From: Ginglymostoma cirratum
Taxonomy: Eukaryota
NCBI GenBank assembly: GCA_024137785.1
Contig: JAHRHZ010000085.1
Coordinates: 13,661,272-13,725,271 of the forward strand
Length of the DNA: 64,000 nucleotides
Direction: 5' to 3'
The notes under the pieces are model-generated. The model saw only the letters and a program-made list of their open reading frames with translations. It was not told the DNA's origin and did no database searches. Shown here piece after piece: positions 11,390 through 23,989 of this stretch; the stretch's first letter is position 1; every line of letters starts with the position of its first letter. Made by a program: the position numbers and the translations under genes.

Positions 11390-12155
11390 GACTTCCAAAA
11401 TCTCTCCTCGTCTCAGTCCTAAATAGTTTATTCTGTATCCTTAGACTATGGCCCGTGGATGTGGAGCACCCCTCCATCAGGAACACTCTTCTTGTGTTTA
11501 CCCTGTCTCGACAGTTCGAATTTTATAGGCTTCTATGAGATCCCCCTCATCACTATATAACTGTACCTGATTCAACCCTTCCTCATTTGCCAGTCCAGCC
11601 ATGTCAGGAATCAGTCTGGTAAACTTTTATTGCACTCCCTCCGTAGCAACAACATCCTTCCTCTGATAAAGACACCAAAACTGCACACAATCTTCCAGGT
11701 GTGGTCTCTCCAAGACCCTGTATAATTGCAGCAGGGCATCCCTGTTCTTGTATTCAAATACCCTCACAATGAAGGCAACATACCATTTGCCTTCTTGCCC
11801 ACCTGTGGTACCTGCATGTGTATCTTCAGTGACTGATATACAAAGACACCCAGGTCTTCTTGCCCATTTCCATCTCTCAATTTGTAGCCAGAGAATAATC
11901 TGTCTTCCTGTTTTTCCAACAAAGCGGATAACCTCACATTTATTCACGTTACATTTCATCTGCCCTGCGTTTGCTCTCTCACTCCCACCTGTACGAATCA
12001 CACTGCAGCATCTCTGCATCCTCCTTGCAGCTCACCCTCTCACCCAGCTTTGTGTCATCTGCAAATTTGGAGATTTAGTTCCCTTGACTACATACATATT
12101 GTGAATAGTTGGGGTCCAAGCACTGAGCCCTGGTACCCCGCTGGTCACTGTCTGT
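11390..12155 (-). mobile_element. CR1 LINE RT C-terminal fragment
   Basis: Minus ORF has QMKCNVNKCEVIRF and LLQLYRVLERPHLEDCVQFW; also GVP-GSVLGP and SKFADDTKL remnants at ~12050-12140. Confidence 0.88.
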
Positions 12156-13189
12156 ACCCACATCCGTAGCTCTATCTACACAGATATGTATACATGTGAA
12201 CACACAGCTCTTGTGAAGACGGAGTATAAAACTAGAGACAGGTGGAGCAGACAAAGGATGAGTCATGATTTGAGAAGAATTTAATACCACATCACTGCTC
12301 CTCATTAACGTTGAACAGAAGCTCATAATTTCACAAAATTTCAAATGTTAAATATCCGAAAAGTGACATATACTGGAACAATTTGGGATAAAGTAAACAG
12401 TCAATAGTAACACTGTAAGTTACAAGTTATCCAACCTCATTACAGAATGGAAACAACACAGTGTTTCGTTTATGGACAGATTGCACCACATATTTCATAC
12501 AGTCTCAAACAAACTGAATTGATGGCACATTATGTTCAGGCGAGTCAGTCTAATGTCAGAGAGGCAGCAAAGTATTGTATTGGGGAAACGTAGCAAACGT
12601 AAGGACTACTCAGGTTTAATGTGAGCTGACGGGACAGGTAAAATAAAAACACAGTTAATTGGAACAATGGCAAAATGCTTCCTGACGACTCAAATCTATG
12701 AAGTGAAAGGCTTATTCAGTAAATCAGATACAAGGTTTCAACAAATCTTTTTAAAGGATTCCTCCCACGGTTGGAAGCTGCCTTGTCAAATTAAAGTGGG
12801 ACCTGAAAACACCGATGCCTTTGAGAAACAGGCTGGAATGGGGATGGGCCTGATCTGTTATTACCTATGGAGGCCTTGTTTGGGACAGAACCTTAGATGA
12901 CTGAAAGAGAAGGCTACCCCCCTCCTAAAGGCCCAGACAGTTCCCTCAGCCCCAAGCCTGTCAGAGTTACTGTACAAATAGCAGCTGGAATTCCTTTAAG
13001 AAACAGAGGGATCACCATCCAGGAAGGGCTGGGAACTGCACTGGGCTCCAGGCACAATGTACTCATGCAGATAGCCTTGATGATTCGGAGCGGTTTGTGG
13101 CGAAGAACAGGTTGTGGTGGTCGCGATAGTCCCATCCAGCCTCAGGCTAGATTTGCAGGAATTAGCAGCCCAAGTTGCATCCCCCCACT

Positions 13190-13365
13190 ATTGTTAGAGG
13201 CTACAGTTTCCCTCGGAATCAGATGGTCGTGGGTTCAAGTCTCCAGAATGGAGAACTCCAATCCAGGGCTATCAGTGAAGCGCTGTACTGAAGGTGCACA
13301 TCATGGAGACAGTCATCAACATGTTGCTGTTTGGCAGAATTTGCTGTGCGGGTGTGGGTTTCCTT
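13190..13365 (+). mobile_element. Deu-domain SINE fragment
   Basis: tcagatggtcgtgggttcaagtctcc head and gtcatcaacatgttgctgtttgg...ttgctgtgcg tail resemble the other Deu-SINE copies. Confidence 0.45.
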
Positions 13366-13379
13366 TATCTCAATAAAGA

Positions 13380-13630
13380 ACATATTTCAAAACTATTTCG
13401 CTATTTCACCATAGGGAAAATTTATTGGTTTTCTACCTTATCTATGCCTCTTGTGATTTTATGGATCTCAATAAGGTTACCCTTCATTCTCCCACGCTCC
13501 AGAGAAAAGTCCCTGCCTATCCATCCTCTCCTTATGACTCAAACCTTCCAGTCCAGGCTGCATCCGAATCTGTACTGCACCCTTTCTAGTTTAATAATAC
13601 CCTTTCTATAGTAGCACCTCTCAGCACCTA
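13380..13630 (-). mobile_element. CR1 LINE 3' fragment
   Basis: Minus reading IIKLERVQYRF, followed by FSLERGRMKGNLIEIHKI-like DNA. Confidence 0.7.
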
Positions 13631-14319
13631 GTTCACCTGTGGCCAGTTCCAGATATTCACTGTCAGGTGGCTGGTTTCTCCCCCCACGTGATAAGGGAGT
13701 AGAAACTGGATAATCTGTTGCTAGCACACCATTCCCCATCCCCTGGTAACCACACATTACCCAAATACTTGCAACAAGGGTCAGTGCTGGCAAGTACCCA
13801 TTCGAAAATCTACAGTTTCAACACGATAGAAGCATTAGAAAAATCTGAAACAAACAGACTTCTGATACAAAATGGAAATTCAAAGATTAAAATAAAGACT
13901 CCGAAATAGATCCAATGTGCTGATGTGGTTCTTTTGAAGCGCTCCTGCAAGAGGAAGGCAGATGACAAATTCCTACAACAGTGCGAACACTGGGAAATTG
14001 TACAAACATCTAAATTTTAATAGCATTTCTTTCACACTGGTATGTGTTACTGGCAGCTGAGTAAAATCTATCTGGGAAAATAAAAATCTGATGTTGGGTT
14101 GAAAGGGTGAAAACGTGGCCTGTAATTGATCATTTTCTGGTTAGCGCAGCTGGTTCTGATCGGAAAATTCATCCCGTCAAACAAAAATGAGGGCTACACA
14201 CTAAAAAAAATTGGACTGAGCAACAAACAGGATCATTAAGGAGGACATTTGTTTCCGAAAGTGGATAGGCAGGATCTAAGGAAAAATGCACATCACAACT
14301 TAAAGACCATGACAAGCTA

Positions 14320-14630
14320 GGAATTGCACTTGGAACTATTCCCTCTTGCAGGAGGGTTGGTTAATCAGAAGAGACGGGTTTAAAATAATTGGCCAAACCT
14401 GAAGTGAGAATATCTTCACACCATGTTGTGAGTTATGATTTGCAATATACTGCTTGAAAAGGCAGTGGAAGCAAATTCAATAATACACCTTTCAAAAGGA
14501 AATCAGACACGTACTTAAACAGCTTTAAAAAGGGTAGCATAAAGGGGAATGAAAGTAACAAAAGCTCTTTCAAGAAACAGCACTGCTAAGATGAGGTGAA
14601 TAGATTTCTCAGTGATATATCATTCTGTGA
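14320..14630 (+). mobile_element. CR1 LINE 3' end (old)
   Basis: gcagtggaagcaaattcaataa...ctttcaaaaggaaatcagacacgtactt is typical CR1 3' sequence. Confidence 0.6.
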
Positions 14631-15700
14631 ATCTACCATAAGCATTTTCAGACGAGGCCAGGTTGCACTGACAATGAGAGTCAGCTATAAATATTAAATT
14701 ATGCAAAACACTTCTGAGCAGATAGGAACAGGACTAGTTCAAAATGATAGACCAAATTTGTGAATTATTAATGCACAGCATTGCCCTGTAAAAACAGGTA
14801 ACTTATTCTGCTGTTTTGGGACACAGCGGACCATTTGGAGTTTGAGGGGTGAGCTTGACTAATACAGGCACAACATCCTCGCTCACCCTCCTGGTCCTCC
14901 TGTTGTTTGGAAATGGCATACCGCCTGTAGCTTAACCGACTTTAATTAGACATCTTCCACACCTTTGCACTGAGTACGTCAGTTAGATTGACAGCTTTAT
15001 CACTGCCAAATGCAGCTCATTCCCAGTTTTATTGCCCTGAATGGTTTGCAGGTTTTGTTCTGGAATTTACACCAAACTAGAAACAATAAAAAACGCTTCA
15101 TCGTTTGCTCTGCTAACTAATTGCGCTACCAAAATACTTCAGCTACATAAAGTGGTGAGAGGCTTGGAATATAGAGCCAGATAGCAGTAAACTGGTTCCC
15201 AGGTTATTGGGAGCTTGTTGACAGCACTACTGTGCATTTACATGAAGGTTGTATTGTAAAAGAAAGCACTACACATGGGCTTCTAGGGGCATTAGACACC
15301 ACCTCACACTGAGGTGTGCTACTTTACCGATGCAAATGGCTAGCACTGAGTGCCTTAATGTGTAGTTCCTCCCAATCCCTTAATGCACAATTGCATACCT
15401 TTGGCAACACAGAGCTTCATCAGACTTAAATGTACAGATGAGGTTGGCTTTGCAGTACTCAACAAAACATGAATAAATTGTTTGGTCTTGAATATAAATC
15501 ATGCAAAGTGAAACTTCTTTCTACACCTTGAGAACCAAGATACTTGCTGAATGATTCATAATGGGCAAGATTAACCAGAAGTTACAGGTTGGGAAAATTT
15601 AACGGGTACACAAAGCCAGACAGTTGGAATACTGAATATGATTCTTAGACACTGATATGATTGCTAACATGAGCAGAGTTTTTTTTTTGCTGGTACCTTC

Positions 15701-15923
15701 TGAAATATCTCTTCAGAGGCTGGCATCCCAACACTAATCACCCTTTATTTACAAACGCATAGCCTGTGACAAAGCACTGCCTCTCACTCAGACAGGCATT
15801 CAGGGCCCCAGTATTGCTGGCATTCATCCTTTATGTCAGCCAGGGCTCCCTCATTGGACCAGGTTCATAGAATGCGAGTTTCTTGATTGGGGCTACGAGG
15901 CTGATCTGGTTACAATCACTACA
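15701..15923 (-). mobile_element. Solo LTR of the Gypsy family
   Basis: Reverse complement of the 1143-1377 LTR, running tgaaat...cactaca. TSD ccttc/cattc. Confidence 0.8.
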
Positions 15924-16234
15924 CATTCCTGTCTGCAGTAATGGACAGACTTCTGTCGGCTTTCCCTATAGGGGGTCTTTCAGGACTCTGGGAGTTCAAA
16001 GTCTCCTATATAGTCCTCTTTACATATTCGTTCACATTAGCTTTTACAAGTTAATTTTAAACATCCAAATAAATTCACTCTGTAAATTAATTTTAACTTT
16101 CGAGAGAAAATCCTTTTTAATGCCTCCCAGCAGAAAGGCACCCAGTAACTGCCCTATCAATTTGCCAGGCCTGTGGTGAGAAGCTTCTTTGTGTCTTGGT
16201 TTCAGCAGGGAGGCAGCAGCAATTTGTAAACTCC

Positions 16235-16597
16235 ATCGTTAGTATTTAGCCTTCTACTTCCAAAGATCCGTGGGTTCATGCTCTCCGAAAGGACCATTGC
16301 CCAGACTGAAATTTCAGAGCAGTAGCAAGGGAGGGCTGAGCTGCCAGGAATTAAACTGAGAGGGCACCTATTCAGGCGAAACCAACATTTAAAGAGAAGT
16401 GAGAAACTTCTGTTGCTGTCTTGCCCAACATTACTTCCTCAATAAACAGTATCCAACGGAAGCGCCACTGCTTGTGGGATCTTGCTGAGCACTGTAGCGA
16501 CAGTGATCGCACACCAAAAATACTCCATCAGATCTCAAGGGTTCTGCATCCCAACTGAAGGTGGTGGGTTAGGGCGCTTTGTAAATGCAAGTTATCT
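16235..16597 (+). mobile_element. Deu-domain SINE (AmnSINE1/SacSINE1-like), decayed
   Basis: gtgggttca head, ttcagagcagtagcaagggag, tgtcttgcccaacattacttcctcaa, and tail ggcgctttgtaaatgcaagt. Confidence 0.55.
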
Positions 16598-17569
16598 CAT
16601 TAGATGATGAAAGTGATAACGGTTGCAGGTTGAGGAACGTTGATCCCTTTGAAGGAAATTCTCAAGGCCTTGGCTTTGTTTCTCTCACAAGCCTTTCTCA
16701 AGGGGCCTGAGAAAACAGACGAAAGAATTAAAATTTTTCATCCAACTGCTTGGAGGACAAGAGATAACAGGAAATGTACAGCCATGGTTTCATGGTCAGC
16801 TCCATCATGTATCACAAGGAGGCAAATGGTCTCTCTCCGAGCAATTATGCTGCTCATGTCATTAGCGCAGCTTTTAAATGTGATCTGACAAGGATTAGAT
16901 GCTGCAGAAGGCAATTGCCAGGGGTACAATCACAAGGCATGTAGATCCACTCTGAACAGTGTGGATTCAAGCGAAACCCATTGCAATGCCTTGTGAAAAA
17001 GCAGTGCAGTTCTAAACATGGCATCGAATCACTTCGGATAACCCAGATGTATGGGCACCTCTTTTTCTAATTCCTACTCCAGAACCATCAAAATACTTGT
17101 TGCCTCTGATGTGATAACTACGCCATATTGTCAGTGATGCCCTAAATAGCACAAGACCGAGGCAGCAGCCGATAATAACAGCATTGTATCTGATCGAACA
17201 ACTTGGGTCGTGTACTGTGAGTCAAGTTAATTTCCTTGTCAATAATTGGTTAATTAATGTTTTTTAGTGCAGCTATGTAAAACTGCTACCGCTGTGTTAA
17301 ACCTACATCAGGATTTGTGACCCCAGTGTTAATATTAATTGAAAAAGCCTCCAGGTCCATAATGTCATTTTCACCATGGTGATAAATTCGTGTATGAATG
17401 ACTGAAACTCCAAATATTGCCACTTAAAACTCAAATGTTATTTCACTTTAATGGAGGAACAGAAACACTCGACTTCTAAATTGGTTTTGAAATTTGCCAT
17501 GAGCTACAATACAGGAAGAAAATGTGTTATACCAGTTTGATCATGCACGCCAGTCACAAATTCAGTAAG

Positions 17570-18195
17570 GAAGAACAGACTTACATTTGTGTAGTGCCTT
17601 CACAGCCTCAGGCCATCACAGAACGCTTTATAGCTAATGAAGTGTGCCTGAAGTGTGGTCACCGCTGTTACACTGAGAAATGTGACAGCTGGCCAGCCAA
17701 CACTGAGATCATTGAAACAACTCCACAGAGTCCGGTATCCAATCAACAAGCCATCCTTTACTCGCACGTGGAGAGTCCTTGACACTGGTCTGGCTTCCTC
17801 AGACCCAACTCTCAGAGTGAGCAGAACTTCTGATGCTCCCGTTTATATCTGTCAGCCAGGACTCCCTCATTGGACCAGATTAACAGCTCCAATCAGGGAA
17901 CTCATATTTTACGAGGTTCACCTGGTTAACTTCACTACAATCACCACAGAAATGACCAGTTAATCTGTGGTGTTTGAGGTGGTGGATAAAACTTTACAAG
18001 ACACCTGAGTAAATTTCTCTGTTCTTCAAACTATGCCACAAGATCATTTAGTGGTCCCGGAGGAGATATCTCTGGCATTGTGGCACCTCAGTAACGCTGA
18101 CTGTAGTGCCAGCATACATTACCTGCCCTGGTCCTGGTGCTAAATATAAACCCACAAGTCTTGGACCCAGATAGGAGGGTGCTACACTCAGGCTA
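17570..18195 (-). mobile_element. Deu-domain SINE interrupted by a solo LTR
   Basis: Reverse tail agacttacatttgtgtagtgccttcacagcctcagg; the SINE resumes after the LTR at aatgaccagttaatctg. Confidence 0.6.
17713..17948 (-). mobile_element. Solo LTR of the Gypsy family
   Basis: Full-length reverse match to the 5' LTR (tgaaacaactccacagag...caatcaccaca). TSD not clearly retained. Confidence 0.85.
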
Positions 18196-18702
18196 ATGCC
18201 AATTGTACTGCTACAGCATTTGGGGGCTGCAGTGTGGAAGGGCGCTCGTTTCTGGCTCACTCTGGGGGAGGGGGTGGAGTTCCAATTTTCTAGGAATGGA
18301 AGATGGATGATACTGGATTCAGTGTCCGAAAAAGAGCATTCTGCAGCTTGTGTAACAGGTGGGCAGTCAGATACCATCCATATGATGCCTTTCCATGACG
18401 ATACCTTTCACCTGTGCGTGTTTAACGTCAGGTCTGTGTACTGGAGAATGCAGGATAGAACATACAAAAGTAACCTTTATACATGATACAGCAGTGACAA
18501 AACAATCTCTTGCTTCTTAATCTTCTGTCAGAGCTTCAGCCTCAGCTGTATGTCATTGAGTGTCCCTAGCCCACTTGTACACTGCTCATGGTATAATGTG
18601 TGATCTGTTCAGTAAATTATCGGACATCTGAGAACCGAGATGAGTGAGCAGCAGTGATATTTTCTGTCCGTTTCTAACATGCAATCAATCAAATTTGTCA
18701 CT

Positions 18703-18785
18703 GTTACTATGGCAACTACCATCCCTTTCTCACACCCCAATTTCTTTCTCACTACATGACAGAGCAAGCTGGTAACCATGACAAC
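18703..18785. promoter_or_regulatory. Pair of RFX X-box motifs (candidate enhancer)
   Basis: GTTACTATGGCAAC (18703-18716) and GTAACCATGACAAC (18772-18785) in apparently non-repetitive sequence. Confidence 0.45.
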
Positions 18786-19583
18786 TAATCCTGGCTGACG
18801 ATGCATTTTGCAGACCACCGAGGAGGTACATGTGCATTGTCACTAAATAATTGATTTGATGAAAGATTTAAAAAGGCCCTCTTTTCCAGTTGGATTGTTG
18901 TGTCAGATGCACAGCTTCATAACAGCTGAATTATGGAGCGAATGTTAAGATAAATAATGGATAGTTTGGAACAAAAATAAATACATTATAGGAATAATTT
19001 GCAACGGTCATGCCAGGATAAGCACTTACTAGATCAGAACAATGACAGTGAATAATAACAAAAGACATAGAAACAAAAGATGCTGCATTACTGTGGGCTG
19101 CATAGATACTTTTTGATAACATTGTGCAGAACTGTTGTCTACTGAATCTGGAGGAACAGGCAGTGGCTAAAGAGAGAAAAAGACTCAGAACTGGATGGTC
19201 TACAGTGAGTCTATCAAAAACAGTCTGTGCACCCTAATCAACAGACCCACTGCTCACCTCAAACACCCCTCACCGTTTAACCTCCCTCAGATGTACAGTC
19301 TGGAGCTTTGCTAGCCTGAAATAGGTTGTTCCCTTATTGGCAGATCAAAGAGAAAGTTTTCTTCCAACAAGAGGACAAGCCTTTAATGATTCCCCAATAC
19401 ATGAAGCTCAAACCTCTGCGGCCCAACAGTATAACAAAAGAGTGATTTCAGATAGCTGGGGGCGGTGAAGCACAGGAAGCTGCAGATGGACTAGGCAACA
19501 CTGGAGGCCAAGTATGGCAGGAGCATACAGATGTGGAGGCAGATGTGATTGAGCTCCAGTTCGTAGCATCGAGCATCGCTAGT

Positions 19584-19818
19584 TGAAATAAATCCACAGA
19601 GGCCGGTATCCCGTCACCAAGTCACCCACCATTTACACATGGAGGGTCCTTGCACCTGATCCTGCTTCCTCAGAGCCAGCTCTCCAAATAGCAGAACCCC
19701 AGACACTCTTGTTTATATCTGTCAGCCAGGGTTCCCTGATTGGACCAGACTGACAGCCCCAGTCAGGGAACTCATATTCTAGGTGGTCTCCCTGGCCACC
19801 CTCATTTCAATCACCGTA
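19584..19818 (-). mobile_element. Solo LTR of the Gypsy family
   Basis: 235-bp reverse match to the 5' LTR. TSD ctagt/ctggt. Confidence 0.87.
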
Positions 19819-20059
19819 CTGGTGTTACTTTAATATGTCCATATGAAAAAAGAGGGTTGCACAGAAACCCAGTCAAATGTCAGTGCTGTCCAGCAATGTT
19901 GGAGTCAACAAATATTGAAACAAATAGGGAATAGAGCTTCAATAACTGAGGTGTAGTAATTTGGCCTAGAGACTCATGAGCTGGTAAATAAATGACCAAG
20001 CTTTCTGCTGCATTCCCACGGGCTCTATGTCTTGCTCCGTCTGAGCTCCCCATGTTTTA

Positions 20060-20186
20060 ATTTTTAAACATTTTTTATTTAAACTATTTTTCCTAATCAA
20101 CCTGTTTCCTCTGGAGCAGGTGGGACTTGAACCTGGGCCTCTTGGTCCAGGGGTGGGGACACGACCACTGTGCCACAAAAGGATCT
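20060..20186 (-). mobile_element. Short tRNA-derived SINE
   Basis: Reverse reads ttgtggcacagtggtcgtgtccc...gggttcaagtcccacctgctccagag-like. Homologous to 44142-44260 and 55465-55598. Confidence 0.75.
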
Positions 20187-20769
20187 CTTCCCACATTTCA
20201 TGAGCACCCAGCCCATCAATCCCACACTGAGCACTAATTGGATATCCTGCCTATTGGAGCAGCAGGTCGTATCAATATACCTGGATTATCGTGCAGGATT
20301 ATCGTGCTTAAGACTGGCAGAATCTGCAGTTAAAGTATTGCAAACAGCACAGGATTTGAGAATAGTGACTGCATTGGGCAGACCATTTTACTGATCCTCA
20401 TGCAGGAACAGTGAGACATTAAATATTTACATTTCTCTGCCAAGAATCCAGGCTCCTGAATGTTAGGACTAGCTCTCCATTTCCTGACTGTTTTGACTAG
20501 CACCCTCCATGCCCCTTTGGCTGTCTATCTCCTGAGCTTATTGCCCCTGCCTTTGTTGCTGTCACTGAACAGACTAGCTGCAACACTGATGTCTGAGGCT
20601 CACAGAAGAGAGAACCTCCTTGCAATACCTTCATGCAGCTTCCAACCCAAGAGTTTAGGAGGGGCTGCATGGTGCTGCTTTAGTACTTGCACTGGGCTTT
20701 GAGGATGTATTTAATGGGCCGGCTGTCCCCAGAATTAGAAAAGAGTCACCCAGTCCACCAAGGTTACTG

Positions 20770-20881
20770 TGGGAAATGCAAATGGGTGAGGAGCTGAGTC
20801 TGGGTGGTGTGCTCTTCAGAGGGTCAGTGTAGACTTGATGGGCCAAATGGCCCTTTCCTGCACTCTAGGGATTCTATGATT
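20770..20881 (+). mobile_element. 3' tail of HE1 SINE / HER1-type LINE
   Basis: gggtcagtgtagacttgatgggccaaatggcc...tagggattctatgat matches the tails at 4050-4112 and 25810-25871. Confidence 0.7.
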
Positions 20882-21346
20882 TAGTTTATTACCAGACTTG
20901 CTCTTGATGTGCACAGTTTAGATAATGGCAACACTCATGTTGCTTGAATTGCTGAGGGTTTATTAAATATTACTGTGGCTTGTGCATCCATGTGCTGTAT
21001 AATCAGGATATAACATGGTTCGTCTCCACAAAGGATCCTGCTGGGAAAGAAAATTCATTTACTGCCCTTTTCTTTCCCTCTCTATCTCTCCCTGTCGTTT
21101 TTAGGCATCCCATTGAAAATAATCAGTTCATCTATCCATCGGGGTAGAACACCAAAATGATCACAATTCAGTGCATCAGAGTGTCTGGCTGGGCTAGTTC
21201 CAATTGACTAAGTGAGCCAGACAGAAACCTAAATCAGGTTCCTCGCAGTTGGTGGATTATACACTGGTAATAAATGCTTTTTTAGTGACAAATCCAACTT
21301 TAGCAGTATTAATCAAAAAGCACTAAATGACCACACTTCAATACAT

Positions 21347-22021
21347 GAGATAACAAGGTGTAGAGCTGGATGAACACAGCAGGCCAAGCAGCATCAGAGG
21401 AGCAGGAAAGCTGACGTTTAAGGCCTAGACCCTTCTTCAGAAATGGAGGGTCTGAAGGGCCATTTCTGAAGAAGGGTCGAGGCCCGAAACGTCAGCTTTC
21501 CTGCTCCTCTGNNNNNNNNNNNNNNNNNNNNNNNNNNNNNNNNNNNNNNNNNNNNNNNNNNNNNNNNNNNNNNNNNNNNNNNNNNNNNNNNNNNNNNNNN
21601 NNNNNNNNNNNNNNNNNNNNNNNNNNNNNNNNNNNNNNNNNNNNNNNNNNNNNNNNNNNNNNNNNNNNNNNNNNNNNNNNNNNNNNNNNNNNNNNNNNNN
21701 NNNNNNNNNNNNNNNNNNNNNNNNNNNNNNNNNNNNNNNNNNNNNNNNNNNNNNNNNNNNNNNNNNNNNNNNNNNNNNNNNNNNNNNNNNNNNNNNNNNN
21801 NNNNNNNNNNNNNNNNNNNNNNNNNNNNNNNNNNNNNNNNNNNNNNNNNNNNNNNNNNNNNNNNNNNNNNNNNNNNNNNNNNNNNNNNNNNNNNNNNNNN
21901 NNNNNNNNNNNAAACGTCAGCTTTCCTGCTCCTCTGATGCTGCTTGGCCTGCTGTGTTCATCCAGCTCTACATCTTGTTATCTCAGAATCTCCAGCATCT
22001 GCAGTTCCTACTATCTCTGAA
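21347..22021. mobile_element. Penelope-like fold-back (inverted terminal repeat) insertion spanning the assembly gap
   Basis: 100-bp arm 21347-21446 is the reverse complement of 21460-21511 plus 21937-21984. Exact 14-bp TSD acacttcaatacat at 21333-21346 and 22022-22035. Confidence 0.82.
21512..21911. other. Assembly gap, 400 N
   Basis: Run of n characters. Confidence 1.
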
Positions 22022-23989
22022 ACACTTCAATACATCCTAACTTTTCATGTAAATTTTAAAAACTGCCTTTTAAAACACTGCCCAACTATGCCGACTCTCA
22101 GCAGATTTCATATTTGGTGGATGTGTTAAATAAAAGGCTTCAGTTGAAACTTGAGGGGTAAAAAATGATCTGAAAACTAGTCAATTTTGAATGCAAGTTG
22201 GGCCTGGATCACTGATTGTACCCAAAGTAGAAACTTTGTCTCAAAATCTAATCCAGTTCCAATTCAAGCTATATATAATTAAAGTAAAAATTAAAATATG
22301 CAAGCTGCAAAACTTTCATCCTTCACTGAAGCTACTGCGAAATGTTGGCCACTTGGCATATTAGCTATGCTTAAAACTGGTGTTACAAATGAAAAGAAGC
22401 AACAACTTATATATTTCAATTTGGAAATGTCCAGTCTCTCAGAGAGCTGATAAATAAGTGAATTACTTGCTTTCTGAAGGATAATTTCACACAGGCAGTA
22501 TCTTGTCTTGGAGGTAGAAGCACATGGGATCGACAGGCAGATGCTGTGAGCTCAGACCAATTTGAAGGGACCACGTATGATTCTGACCCAGAAATGGTCA
22601 CACACATCTCATCAGACCCAGAAATCGAGTCAAGGGTGGGCGCTCACGTTTAGTTAAACTCCAGAGTAGGTTGTTTCTTTCTGATTTTAATACCAGCGAT
22701 TTCATGGTGAAAATCCAGCATTACTACTTCTCTGCAGTGAGGGGGTGCACTTTTCACAAATTCTCATTCCTCCCTTGAACAAAACATTATTTGAACCTTG
22801 AAAGGGCCAAGGGGAGCAAGGGTGACTCATGTTGTCTTGCCTCCCGCTTTTAAGTCCTTCCGGATATCCCAGGGAGCTAACAATAAAAGGCCATAAAAAA
22901 AATCTCACATTCATATAATTCCCTTCAACCCATAGTGTCTCAAGGGGCTTCACATGATGAACTACATTTAGCGTGGCATTTGTTTAGAAAAAGTGATGTC
23001 ACCTCAACATTCCAACACTGGCTCGGAGCCAGTTAAAGATACCTGTAATGGTCATGGTACAGGGGGAAACTCTCATAATGAGGTGTGTTGGTTTAGCTTC
23101 ATAACAGTTGGACAATGTACTACAAAAAAGGTAGAATTAGGGTAGAATATTAGCCATGATTGTGTTGAGTGGGGAATCCACTCAGTTCCTATTTCTTATG
23201 CTCTAAAAGAATGTGTCATAATACTTTCTAGTGGTTACCAAATAGTAAGGCTGTGAAGAAAGTGAAGAGAAAACAGCGAGGTTCTGTGTTCTTCACTGGG
23301 GTATTTGCCATAAGCTCATTAGGTGGTTTCAGCAGATTATGAGACCACTTTGAAATTTCTACCTTGGAAGTAAGCAGACATGTAAAATAGACTTTCTGAA
23401 TGTTGTAGTTGGTTGGCTCGCTGACCTTTCTGAACTTGGTAAACATTTTTGTCAATTTAAAGGGAGTTTTCAATCCTACATTTAGCCTGTGCTTTACTTT
23501 CTGTGTATACTCAACAGTGGTCAAAAAATCTAGAACATCTTCAGCTGTCCAGGTTAATGGGCTACTTCTGATAGACATGCCAAAGTGGAAAATGGTTCAA
23601 AGATATCAAGGTTTCTGGAGCCTTTTCCACAATCTTGGAACAATGCCGAGAGTTGCTGTACAAGGGCACAATGAGGACTTGGTGAAATAGCACCTGTGTC
23701 AAGCACAGCAAGAACACAGGGTATTTCTGAACTGCAGCAAATCATTAAGCATCGTTAAATGTCATCTCTGGGATGCACTACCTGGGACTTGATGCAGCAA
23801 CCAGCCCGGTATTATAAATCCAATCAGATTCACACTCTGAGGCATTACGATAACATCTTATCCTGCCTCGTCTTAAGCATAAACCCCTTAATGCAATGCA
23901 TACTCAGCAGATCTATCTGAACGCAGGCTGTCCTGCTTGCAGCTGACACCAACGACAATATAACAACAATGAAGGCATCCTGTGTTTTG

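Noticed and set aside
12897-13376. 159-aa ORF
   Set aside because: No recognisable domain; the 3' part overlaps a SINE relic.
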